Origin: an uncultured Bacteroidales bacterium
Lineage (GTDB): Bacteria; Bacteroidota; Bacteroidia; Bacteroidales; FEN-979
Reading direction: 5' to 3'
DNA: 64,000 nt
Assembly (NCBI GenBank): GCA_903887775.1
Contig: CAISRB010000005.1
Location: 80,773 to 144,772 of the forward strand
Position 1 is the stretch's first letter. Every line of letters starts with the position of its first letter. Shown here one piece after another: positions 29,963-38,369 of this stretch. A program made the position numbers and the translations under genes. The notes under the pieces were generated by a model. That model saw nothing but the letters and a program-made list of their open reading frames with translations, was not told the origin of the DNA and did not search any database.

Positions 29963-31524
29963 TACCTGGCTATCTTATAAACTGAGTCAATGACTGTCCC
30001 ATCCACCCATTTCACCACCGCTACGATCTCGTCTGTAAATTTTGGTTTTTCGGGTTTTCCGCAGATCTTTTCGGCTTCTTCCTTGAGTTCCTGTATGGTT
30101 TTAATTGGCAAACTGGTATTCTTCATCTTCTCAATGAGGTCAGTGCGAAGCGGGTTAATCGCGATACCGCGTTCGGTTACGATCACATCGATGAGTTCAC
30201 CGGGGCCGCAAAGAGTTGTAACTTCATCACGGATCACGGGAATGCGGTCGCGGAACAAAGGTACCGGCAGGATCACGGTCTTCCCGAACAGGGTGTTCAT
30301 CCAGCCCCCGATCCCATGCAGCAAATAGCCATCGGAATGTGTAACCACATTTGCATTGAAGTTCACATCAACCTCGGTGGCTCCGAGGATCACAATGTCG
30401 ACAAGTGAAGAGAAGTTTCCTTTACCATGATAGTTATAGCTTGTAAACGGGCTGGTCCAGGTATGGTGGGGATTTTCACGCATCGACCTTACCCCTTCAA
30501 GGTCGAAGGTCTGCCCGTCAAGGATATACTCAACCAGCCCTTCTTCGAGCATCTTCACGAGGTATTTGTTTGATCCGCCCCTTGCAAAACGGGCCTTCCA
30601 GCCGCGTTCACGCAGGATATCGGAGAAATATATCCCTATCGATAAAGCTGTCCCGCCGGCCCCGGCCTGGAAAGAGAAACCATCGTAAATCAGACCGGCC
30701 TCATCACAGAACTGGGCGCTCCATTCGGCCAGCAGCAAACGGTCGGGGCTCTTCGTGATCTCTGTTGTGCCGCTTACGATCTTTTCGGCTATCCCTATCT
30801 TGTCCATCACCACTACGTAATCCACATAATTCCCGTTGATCTGCCATGGAATGCATGGGAACTTCACGAGGTTATCGGTAACCACGATCACATGATCGGC
30901 AAACTGGGCATCGGCGAGAGCGAAGCCAAGGGGACCGCAGGCGGTCGGGCCGTCAACTCCGTTACAGTTTCCGAACTCGTCGGATGTCGGCGCAGCGATC
31001 ACGGCAATGTCGATATGCACTTCACCATCCTGCACGCTCTGGTAGCGCCCTCCGTGAGAACGGAGAATGCCGAGTCCCTTCATTTTGCCATCCGAGGTAA
31101 ACCGGCCAAGGGCTCCGTTCATACTGCCTTCAATATGGTCTATCGTGCCGTCTTCAAGATATTTTGTAAGGGGCTCGTGGCATGGAAATGAAGCTGAAGG
31201 AAGCCACATCAGGCCTTTGATGCCCATCTCATGGGCAATGTCGAAAATGGGATTGGCAACCAGGTCGCCGTTCCTGAAATGATGATGGGTTGAAATGCAC
31301 ATCCCGTCCTTCAGCCCGCATTTGATCAGGGCATCCCTGAGTGAACTTACCACCTTGTTCCCGTCTTCGGGATAATCGGCACAACTGGCTATCCGCGTGC
31401 TGGCTTTAAATCCTTCGGGCCTGTATTTGCCCACTCCCATGTACGGAACGGCAGGTTTCCCGTTAATGATTGTCGGCACCACCCGGCCTGCCGCATTGGT
31501 TACAAGTTTGTCATATTTCCTCAT
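29962..31524 (-). CDS. citF: Citrate lyase alpha subunit (citrate CoA-transferase)
   Basis: MRKYDKLVTNAAGRVVPT...SSLRDALIKCGLKDGMCISTHHHFRNGDLV... matches CitF over its whole length. The ATG at 31524 is preceded by GGAGGGAAAGCT and overlaps the citDE stop by 14 nt. Confidence 0.9.
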   Translation of the reverse strand: MRKYDKLVTNAAGRVVPTIINGKPAVPYMGVGKYRPEGFKASTRIASCADYPEDGNKVVSSLRDALIKCGLKDGMCISTHHHFRNGDLVANPIFDIAHEMGIKGLMWLPSASFPCHEPLTKYLEDGTIDHIEGSMNGALGRFTSDGKMKGLGILRSHGGRYQSVQDGEVHIDIAVIAAPTSDEFGNCNGVDGPTACGPLGFALADAQFADHVIVVTDNLVKFPCIPWQINGNYVDYVVVMDKIGIAEKIVSGTTEITKSPDRLLLAEWSAQFCDEAGLIYDGFSFQAGAGGTALSIGIYFSDILRERGWKARFARGGSNKYLVKMLEEGLVEYILDGQTFDLEGVRSMRENPHHTWTSPFTSYNYHGKGNFSSLVDIVILGATEVDVNFNANVVTHSDGYLLHGIGGWMNTLFGKTVILPVPLFRDRIPVIRDEVTTLCGPGELIDVIVTERGIAINPLRTDLIEKMKNTSLPIKTIQELKEEAEKICGKPEKPKFTDEIVAVVKWVDGTVIDSVYKIAR

Positions 31525-32734
31525 AGCTTTCCCTCCAGTTTTCGGCAAGTTTGTTCATTTTGACAGCAAGGTTTATAGTATTCAGGGCCCGTTTGACCAC
31601 GGGGGGATCTATCATCTTGTTTCCAAGTGCGACAACACCCAGTCCTTTCTTTTCAGCTTCATGAAAAGCGAAAACGATCTTTTTGGCTTTTTCGACTTCG
31701 TCGGATGTGGGGGCGAAAGCCTCATGAATGACCTTTATTTGCCTGGGGTGGATGCAACCCATGCCGTCGAAACCAAGGGCTTTCGAATTTAAAACGTTTT
31801 GCTTCAGGGCTTCCATATCGCCTATGTCTGAAAATACCGAGTCTATAGGCTGTATGCCGGCGGCCCTGGCTGCATTCACTACCATACTGCGGGCAAAAAA
31901 CGATTCTTTTCCTTCCAGTGTGCGCCTCGTGCCGAGATCGGCGGTATAATCCTCCAGGCCAATAGCCAAAGCCACCACGTTATCCGCAGAGGAAGCAATA
32001 GAAAATGCGTTGATGACACCCAGGGCGCTCTCGATAATGGGCATAAGCCATATCGGATTTTCGAGGGACGATTTACGATTTACGATTTCCTGGATCTTTT
32101 TATTAACCGCTTGCACCTGTTCGGGGTGTTCGCATTTGGGCAGTAAGATCAGGTTCACATTATAAGAGATGACATACTCCAGGTCTTCCAGCCCGCGTTC
32201 ACCCTGGTTTATGCGGACCATGCGTTCGGCACCATAGAAATCAATGTTGCGGAGGGCATTACGGACAAGAAAGCGGGCCTCGAACTTTTTATCAGGTGCG
32301 ACTGCATCTTCAAGGTCGAGGATGATCCCATCGGGATGATGTATCCCTGCATTGATCATAAGTGCAGGGCTGTTGCCCGGAAGATACAACCTGGAAAAAC
32401 GGTTTCTGTCTCTTGCAGTGGTATATTTATTTTCTTCAACAAAAGGCAAAAGGTAATCTTTTTTGGTTGTAACCAGTTTTTTCACAGCTGCCTCGATCCG
32501 GGCTGCAAGCACAAGAGGAAGAGCGCCAAGGTCTTCGATCTTCAGGTTGGCATGTTCAATTTGAAAGAAGGCCATCATCTCAAGGGCCAGTTTTCGTATC
32601 GATTCTTGAAACATTACCCCGACCTTCGATTCAATCAGGAGGTTGATCCCTCCACCTGTCGTAAGTTCAAGTGTAACAAAGCAATCCGACCGGATCCCCT
32701 TGCCTTTGTTACCTGAAGTTGAAATTTCCGCCAT
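31511..32734 (-). CDS. citDE: Fused citrate lyase acyl-carrier (gamma, CitD) + citryl-CoA lyase (beta, CitE)
   Basis: Residues 1-95 align with CitD (GIRSDCFVTLE...INLLIESKVGVMFQESIR...LKIEDLGALPLVLAARIEAAV), including the prosthetic-group Ser context. Residues ~110-407 are CitE/HpcH-like (RLYLPGNSPALMINAGIHHPDGIILDLEDAVAPDKK...PIIESALGV...GLEDYTADLG). Confidence 0.85.
   Translation of the reverse strand: MAEISTSGNKGKGIRSDCFVTLELTTGGGINLLIESKVGVMFQESIRKLALEMMAFFQIEHANLKIEDLGALPLVLAARIEAAVKKLVTTKKDYLLPFVEENKYTTARDRNRFSRLYLPGNSPALMINAGIHHPDGIILDLEDAVAPDKKFEARFLVRNALRNIDFYGAERMVRINQGERGLEDLEYVISYNVNLILLPKCEHPEQVQAVNKKIQEIVNRKSSLENPIWLMPIIESALGVINAFSIASSADNVVALAIGLEDYTADLGTRRTLEGKESFFARSMVVNAARAAGIQPIDSVFSDIGDMEALKQNVLNSKALGFDGMGCIHPRQIKVIHEAFAPTSDEVEKAKKIVFAFHEAEKKGLGVVALGNKMIDPPVVKRALNTINLAVKMNKLAENWRESYEEI
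32068..32088. repeat. Three tandem heptamers CGATTTA CGATTTA CGATTTC inside citE coding sequence
   Basis: Read directly from the sequence. The 21 nt are in frame and encode EIVNRKS on the minus strand. Confidence 0.8.
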
Positions 32735-32776
32735 AGCATTTGAAATGTTATCAGATTCACAGCAAAAATAGGAACT

Positions 32777-32790
32777 AATTACGAATTACG
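32777..32790. repeat. Tandem heptamers AATTACG AATTACG
   Basis: Read directly from the sequence, 43 nt upstream of the citDE start. Confidence 0.8.
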
Positions 32791-32941
32791 TTCAGTAAAG
32801 CTGAAATGAGCAAGCAATAAAAAATAAAAATTTGTGCGTATTTTACGGGTCATGGACCAGGGAGCATAGTTCCATTGTGCACCAATTTTGTGTTGCTTCA
32901 ATTTTGTTTCTTTTGTACATTTACGGGAGAATTTGCATTAT

Positions 32942-34189
32942 ATGAAAACATTGAATGCTTTTCTGATCATGAATGCCATTCTTTTAATATGTCATACGGC
33001 AGAGGCACAGACCGAATGGCAAAAACTCACTACCGGATCACAAATGTCTGTCCGGAATATCAATTTCGCCGGACCTTTGACCGGTTTTGCCGTTGGTGGC
33101 GGGATATTACGTACAAACGATGCCGGCCGTACCTGGAATTCCCTTTATAGCACGGGTCCTTTTTATGCTGCATACTTCCTGGCCCCCGATACCGGGTTCG
33201 TATGCGTACCCGGAGGGTATGCCGAAAGAACCACCGATGGTTGCAGTAGCTGGAATAACGGCACTTCGATGGGCACTTTCGAGGCGCTGTTCTTCAGCAG
33301 CAGAGATACAGGCTTTGCTGCAGGCGGGATGGGTACATCGCCAGGGATTATTGCAAAGACAACCGATCAGGGTGCTTCCTGGAGCTACCGGAACCTGGGC
33401 GATTACGGAGAGTTCCACTCAGTTTTTTTCTGTAATCCCCAACTGGGATTTGCAGCGGGAGGATATCATTTTACCACTCAGCAGCAAGTTCTTTATTATT
33501 CCGGTCTTATTTACCGTACCGGCGACGGAGGTAATAGCTGGCAGAATGTGTTTTCCGCACCGGACTTTTTGTATTCGGTATACTTTCCTTCCATCAGCGT
33601 CGGTTACGCAACCGGTGATTCAGGTAAGGTATGGAAGTCGGTCGATGCCGGGTTCAGCTGGAACCTCTGCGCAGCAACCGGGCATACCAATAAATTATAT
33701 TCAGTTTCATTTGTTACAGTTGATACAGGATATGTTGCAGGCGCAGGCGGGCTTCTGCTGAAAACAATCGACGGAGGGAACAACTGGACCACCGAGGACC
33801 TTTCAGTCACCTCAGACTTTTACAGCCTGTACCTGAATCCTTCAGGAGGGGCGCTTTACCTTTCGGGATATAACGGCAACATTTTTGTAAGAGGAACCCT
33901 CCCTTACAGCATTCTGGACTTAAGAACGATTCAGGCAGCAGAAGTAACGGCAATGCCCAACCCTTTCACCGAATCCACGACCCTGGTATTGAGGGCCGGC
34001 CCCGGTCTTGACTGCACCATTGAACTCTGCAGTCCCGAAGGACGTACTTTGCTTCAAAAGACTTTTAAAACAGACAATTCAGGAACAAGCCTGCTGAAGA
34101 TTTCCGGTGCTTCGTTGCCCCCGGGTGTCAGCTTTTACCGTATCATTGTAAACGGCAAGGTATACACCGGAAAGCTCATACGCCTCTGA
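32942..34189 (+). CDS. BNR/Asp-box repeat beta-propeller protein (Ycf48-like) with T9SS C-terminal sorting domain
   Basis: Signal peptide MKTLNAFLIMNAILLICHTAEAQ. Six Asp-box-like repeats (TNDAGRTW, TTDGCSSW, TTDQGASW, TGDGGNSW, SVDAGFSW, TIDGGNNW). The C-terminal ~80 aa (MPNPFTESTTL...YRIIVNGKVYTGKLIRL) resembles a Por secretion tail. Confidence 0.75.
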   Translation: MKTLNAFLIMNAILLICHTAEAQTEWQKLTTGSQMSVRNINFAGPLTGFAVGGGILRTNDAGRTWNSLYSTGPFYAAYFLAPDTGFVCVPGGYAERTTDGCSSWNNGTSMGTFEALFFSSRDTGFAAGGMGTSPGIIAKTTDQGASWSYRNLGDYGEFHSVFFCNPQLGFAAGGYHFTTQQQVLYYSGLIYRTGDGGNSWQNVFSAPDFLYSVYFPSISVGYATGDSGKVWKSVDAGFSWNLCAATGHTNKLYSVSFVTVDTGYVAGAGGLLLKTIDGGNNWTTEDLSVTSDFYSLYLNPSGGALYLSGYNGNIFVRGTLPYSILDLRTIQAAEVTAMPNPFTESTTLVLRAGPGLDCTIELCSPEGRTLLQKTFKTDNSGTSLLKISGASLPPGVSFYRIIVNGKVYTGKLIRL

Positions 34190-34255
34190 TCCCCTTACCC
34201 GGTATTATTAATTATACTTCCTGGCCAAATAAATAGTACATCTTACATCGTTTGC

Positions 34256-34263
34256 TAACTTTG
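34256..34263 (+). promoter_or_regulatory. -7 promoter box (TAACTTTG)
   Basis: Lies 20 nt upstream of the ATG at 34284. Confidence 0.55.
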
Positions 34264-34283
34264 CAGCGCATTTTTGAACCAGC

Positions 34284-36266
34284 ATGACCCGCAGAAAGAC
34301 ATCAGGAAGTCAGAAGAAAGGAAAGAAGAAAAGCTTTAAATGGCCCGGAGTTTACGGGGGGAACATCCATCTTGTTTTATTCCTCCGCTTGCTTACGGTG
34401 ACCATATTCCTGTTCCTCTCAAGGGCTGTATTTTATGTGTTTAACATAAAATATTTCGCGAATGTGCCATCGATGGAAGAACTGATGATCTTTTACCATG
34501 GCCTGCGCTTCGATATATCGGCCATCCTGATGGTTAACCTTCCTTTCATTGCAATGTACCTTCTTCCTTTTAAGTTCAGGGAGAAGAAGGGGTATCTCCT
34601 TACTGCCGACATTTACTTTTACATCGTCAATCTTACGGCCCTGATGGCCAACTTTATCGACATCATATACTTCCGTTTCACGTTAAAAAGGATGACTGCG
34701 GATATCTTTACGTATTTGCAGGTAGGAGGTGACTTCAACAAGCTGCTTCCACAGTTCCTGAAAGATTTCTGGTATATCCTGATCGTATTTACAGCATATA
34801 TACTGCTGATGGTTATAATTGTTTCCAGGTTCAGGGTGGGCAGCACCGGACAGAAACTGAAGGGTGGAAATTTCAGTTATTACCTTGTCAATGTTTTTAT
34901 GGCGCTTGTGTTTGCCGGCCTTTCCGTGATCGGCATCCGTGGGGGGATGCAGCTCAGGCCTGTCAATGTTGTGACGGCTGCCATGTATACCACGGCAAGG
35001 AATGTGCCCCTGGTGCTGAACACCCCGTTCTCGATCCTCCGTACCTGGAACAATGAAAAACTTAGTACAGTACGCTGGTATAAAACCGAAGCTGATCTTG
35101 AAAAAGTTTATACTCCTGTGCACCAGGGCAAACAGGGGAATTTCAACAAGATGAACGTGATGATCATTATCATGGAAAGCTTTTCGAGGGAACATATCGG
35201 CTTGCTGAACCATGAACTGGAAAACGGGCGTTACCAGGGTTTTACTCCTTTTATTGATTCACTGATCCGGCACAGCCTGTATTTCGATGCATATGCCAAC
35301 GGAAAGACGTCCATTCAGGGAATTCCTGCAGTGCTTTCCTCTATCCCTTCGCTGATGTATGAGTCCTTTATCCAGACCTCTTATGCATCGGGCAAATATA
35401 CCAGCATTGGCGGGCTGCTGAAAGCCAAGGGGTATTCAACAGCCTTTTTCCACGGGGGATCCAATGGTACGATGGGGTTTGACTCCTATACCCACTATGT
35501 GGGATTTGATAAGTATTTCGGCCGAAACGAGTATCATAATGAGGCTGACTATGATGGCAAATGGGGAATAAGGGATGAGCAGTTCTTCCAGTATGCAGCC
35601 CGTGAAATAAATGCCATGGGGCAGCCATTCTGCGCAGCTTTCTTTTCCTTGTCTTCCCACCATCCGTATTATGTGCCTCCAAAATATACCAACATCCTGA
35701 GGACCGGCAACCTCCCGATTCAGCAGAGTATAATGTATGCCGACCTCAGTCTTTCAGAGTTTTTCCATACCATTCAGCATATGTCCTGGTATAAAAACAC
35801 CCTCTTCGTGATAACCGCCGATCATACATCTGAAGCATATTATCCTTACTACGAAACCAACGCCGGGCAATATGCCATTCCATTGCTATTCTACAGGCCG
35901 GGTGATGAGCTTAAGGGCATGTCGAAAATTACAGCCCAGCAAACCGATGTGATGCCAACCGTTCTGAGCTACCTGGGGTATGAAGGAAAATACATTGCTT
36001 ATGGGAACAACCTCCTTGATAGTTTAGGCCCGCATTATTCCATTCATTACAGCAGCAGTGTTTATGGGATGATAAAGGATAATTACCTGATTGAATTTGA
36101 CGGCTTGAAGAGTACCCATCTGTTCAATCTCATCAGGGACCCTATGCAGAAAACCAACCTTCTGAATTCCGAAAAAAACGAAAAAGACAGGCTTGAATGG
36201 TTCATGAAAGCCTTTCTCCAGCAATATAACAACCGTCTGATCGAAAACAGGCTGATCGCTGAATGA
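34284..36266 (+). CDS. LTA-synthase-family / sulfatase-like phosphoglycerol transferase
   Basis: 660 aa with five N-terminal TM helices followed by an alkaline-phosphatase-superfamily domain (MNVMIIIMESFSRE..., FFHGGSNGTMGFD, ITADHTSE). Confidence 0.8.
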   Translation: MTRRKTSGSQKKGKKKSFKWPGVYGGNIHLVLFLRLLTVTIFLFLSRAVFYVFNIKYFANVPSMEELMIFYHGLRFDISAILMVNLPFIAMYLLPFKFREKKGYLLTADIYFYIVNLTALMANFIDIIYFRFTLKRMTADIFTYLQVGGDFNKLLPQFLKDFWYILIVFTAYILLMVIIVSRFRVGSTGQKLKGGNFSYYLVNVFMALVFAGLSVIGIRGGMQLRPVNVVTAAMYTTARNVPLVLNTPFSILRTWNNEKLSTVRWYKTEADLEKVYTPVHQGKQGNFNKMNVMIIIMESFSREHIGLLNHELENGRYQGFTPFIDSLIRHSLYFDAYANGKTSIQGIPAVLSSIPSLMYESFIQTSYASGKYTSIGGLLKAKGYSTAFFHGGSNGTMGFDSYTHYVGFDKYFGRNEYHNEADYDGKWGIRDEQFFQYAAREINAMGQPFCAAFFSLSSHHPYYVPPKYTNILRTGNLPIQQSIMYADLSLSEFFHTIQHMSWYKNTLFVITADHTSEAYYPYYETNAGQYAIPLLFYRPGDELKGMSKITAQQTDVMPTVLSYLGYEGKYIAYGNNLLDSLGPHYSIHYSSSVYGMIKDNYLIEFDGLKSTHLFNLIRDPMQKTNLLNSEKNEKDRLEWFMKAFLQQYNNRLIENRLIAE

Positions 36267-37135
36267 AAAAAATCATCTTTATTGTCAACCCAATTTCCGG
36301 GGTCGGGAAACAAAAGGGGATAGAGAAGCTGATCAACAAATATCTTGATGCTTCAGCTTTCGAATATTCCGTTGTGTATACCACTCAGGCAGGGCATGCC
36401 ACGGAGATCAGCAGGGAGGCGGTAAGCCTGGGTACAGACGCTGTGATTGCAGTGGGTGGTGACGGAACAGTGAATGAAACGGCCCAGGGGCTGATAGGCA
36501 GCGAAACAGCCCTGGGGATCATCCCGACAGGATCAGGCAACGGCCTGTCGAGGCACCTCGGGATCCCAATGAACCCTGCAAAAGCCATCCGCATACTAAA
36601 CAATTTTAAAACCGCCAGGATTGATACCGCCACTCTGAACGACAACCTGTTTGTAAACGTGGCAGGAGTGGGCTTTGATGCAAAGGTGGCCAAGGAGTTT
36701 GCAAAGTCGGGGAAACGTGGTTTTGCCACATATTTCAATGTTGTGAGATCGGCTTATGCCTCATATAAACCCAAGACCTATAAGATGGTGATCGACGGGC
36801 AGGAAATTGAGCGGAAGGCACTGATGATCAGTTTCGCCAATTCCAACCAGTTCGGGAACAACACTTCGATTGATCCGAATGCCAGTATTGACGACGGGTT
36901 TATCGATGTATGCATCGTAAGCAAGGTTCCTTACTGGAAGACTGTTTTCCTGGCTCCCCTGCTATTCATGAAAAAATTCGACCGCACACCTTATGTTGAA
37001 ATCATCAGGGCAAAAGAAGTGGAGCTGGTAAGGAACAAAGGCAAGTCGGGCCATGTCGACGGGGATCCTTTTATTGCAGGTAAAAATGTTCATCTGAAGA
37101 TACAACCTCTTTCACTGAAAATAATAATTCCATAA
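36263..37135 (+). CDS. Diacylglycerol/lipid kinase family protein (YegS/BmrU-like)
   Basis: 290 aa. KIIFIVNPISGVGKQK...AVGGDGTVNETAQGL...IPTGSGNGLSRHLGIP matches the DAGK catalytic domain. The start overlaps the previous stop (ATGA). Confidence 0.85.
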   Translation: MKKIIFIVNPISGVGKQKGIEKLINKYLDASAFEYSVVYTTQAGHATEISREAVSLGTDAVIAVGGDGTVNETAQGLIGSETALGIIPTGSGNGLSRHLGIPMNPAKAIRILNNFKTARIDTATLNDNLFVNVAGVGFDAKVAKEFAKSGKRGFATYFNVVRSAYASYKPKTYKMVIDGQEIERKALMISFANSNQFGNNTSIDPNASIDDGFIDVCIVSKVPYWKTVFLAPLLFMKKFDRTPYVEIIRAKEVELVRNKGKSGHVDGDPFIAGKNVHLKIQPLSLKIIIP

Positions 37136-37145
37136 ACTTTAGTAT

Positions 37146-38366
37146 ATGATAGTCAGCACCAATGTGGACGTTCAGAACCTGGGCAGCGGCCTGAAATCCC
37201 TGCTCCTGAAATGGGGGTTCGGAGATTTAACAGCAAGGCATATCGTTGATTTTTCTACGCTTTTTGTGATTTTCATCATTTCGGTTATCGTGTACCAGAT
37301 CGTAAAGTTTTTCATCAACCGTGTTTTGAAAAGAATGGTGGAAAAATCCGAAAACAAATGGGATGACCACCTCTATGAGCAGAAGGTCTTTACCCGTCTT
37401 GCCCTGATATTGCCCTTGCTGATATTGCAGGTTTCTCTTTCCCCCACCATTTCAGATTATCCCCATGCGGTGAACATCCTCAATGTCATTCTGAAACTCC
37501 TTGAGGTTGGTATTTTCCTGCTGGTGGGCATATCGTTCCTGAATGCCTTGTACAAGATCTACGGGGATTATGAACTGGCTTCGGCAAAACCCATTAAAGG
37601 CTATATTCAGATCGGCAAGATCATTCTATACATCGTTGTTGGTATTGTGGCGATCTCGGTTCTGATAGGCCAGTCTCCTCTCACCCTTCTGGCCGGGCTT
37701 GGTGCCATGTCGGCTGTGCTCATGCTGATCTTCAAGGATTCTCTCCTGGGCTTTGTTGCAGGAGTGCAGCTTTCAAACAATAAAATGCTGCAGATCGGTG
37801 ATTGGATCACTATGCCGAAGTACAATACCGACGGTACAGTCCTGGATATTTCCCTGGTTACAGTGAAGGTGCGTAATTTTGATAATTCGGTAAGCTGCAT
37901 CCCTACCTATGTCCTGATCACCGATTCTTTTCAGAACTGGAGAAGTATGGGAGATGCCGGTGGCCGGAGGCTGAAGAGGCAGGTGAACATTGACATTTTT
38001 TCGATCTGTTTTGCCGGGGAGGTACTTATCGGCAGTCTTAAAGCAAAAGGCCTTTACAGGGAAGTTGCCATGGCCGAAACCGGCGCCATGACCAACCTTG
38101 GACTTTTCCGCAGGTACCTTTATGATTTCCTGAAGTCCAATCCACTCATCAACTCGCAATCCACCCTGATGGTGCGGCATCTTCCAGCAGGTGATACCGG
38201 CCTCCCCATCGAGATCTATGCATTCTACAGTCCGCCCGACTGGGTAAATGCCGAGAATACCACCGCTGCCATCTTTGAGCACATTTATGCTGTTTTGCCC
38301 GAGTTCGGGCTGGCGGTTTTCCAAAGACCTTCGGGATCTTTTACCGGAGTGAAGGCAAATAATTAG
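37146..38366 (+). CDS. Mechanosensitive ion channel (MscS family, YbdG-like)
   Basis: 406 aa with TM helices followed by FKDSLLGFVAGVQLSNNKMLQIGDWITMPKYNTDGTVLDISLVTVKVRNFDNSVSCIPT, the MscS beta-domain signature. Confidence 0.85.
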   Translation: MIVSTNVDVQNLGSGLKSLLLKWGFGDLTARHIVDFSTLFVIFIISVIVYQIVKFFINRVLKRMVEKSENKWDDHLYEQKVFTRLALILPLLILQVSLSPTISDYPHAVNILNVILKLLEVGIFLLVGISFLNALYKIYGDYELASAKPIKGYIQIGKIILYIVVGIVAISVLIGQSPLTLLAGLGAMSAVLMLIFKDSLLGFVAGVQLSNNKMLQIGDWITMPKYNTDGTVLDISLVTVKVRNFDNSVSCIPTYVLITDSFQNWRSMGDAGGRRLKRQVNIDIFSICFAGEVLIGSLKAKGLYREVAMAETGAMTNLGLFRRYLYDFLKSNPLINSQSTLMVRHLPAGDTGLPIEIYAFYSPPDWVNAENTTAAIFEHIYAVLPEFGLAVFQRPSGSFTGVKANN

Positions 38367-38369
38367 CCT

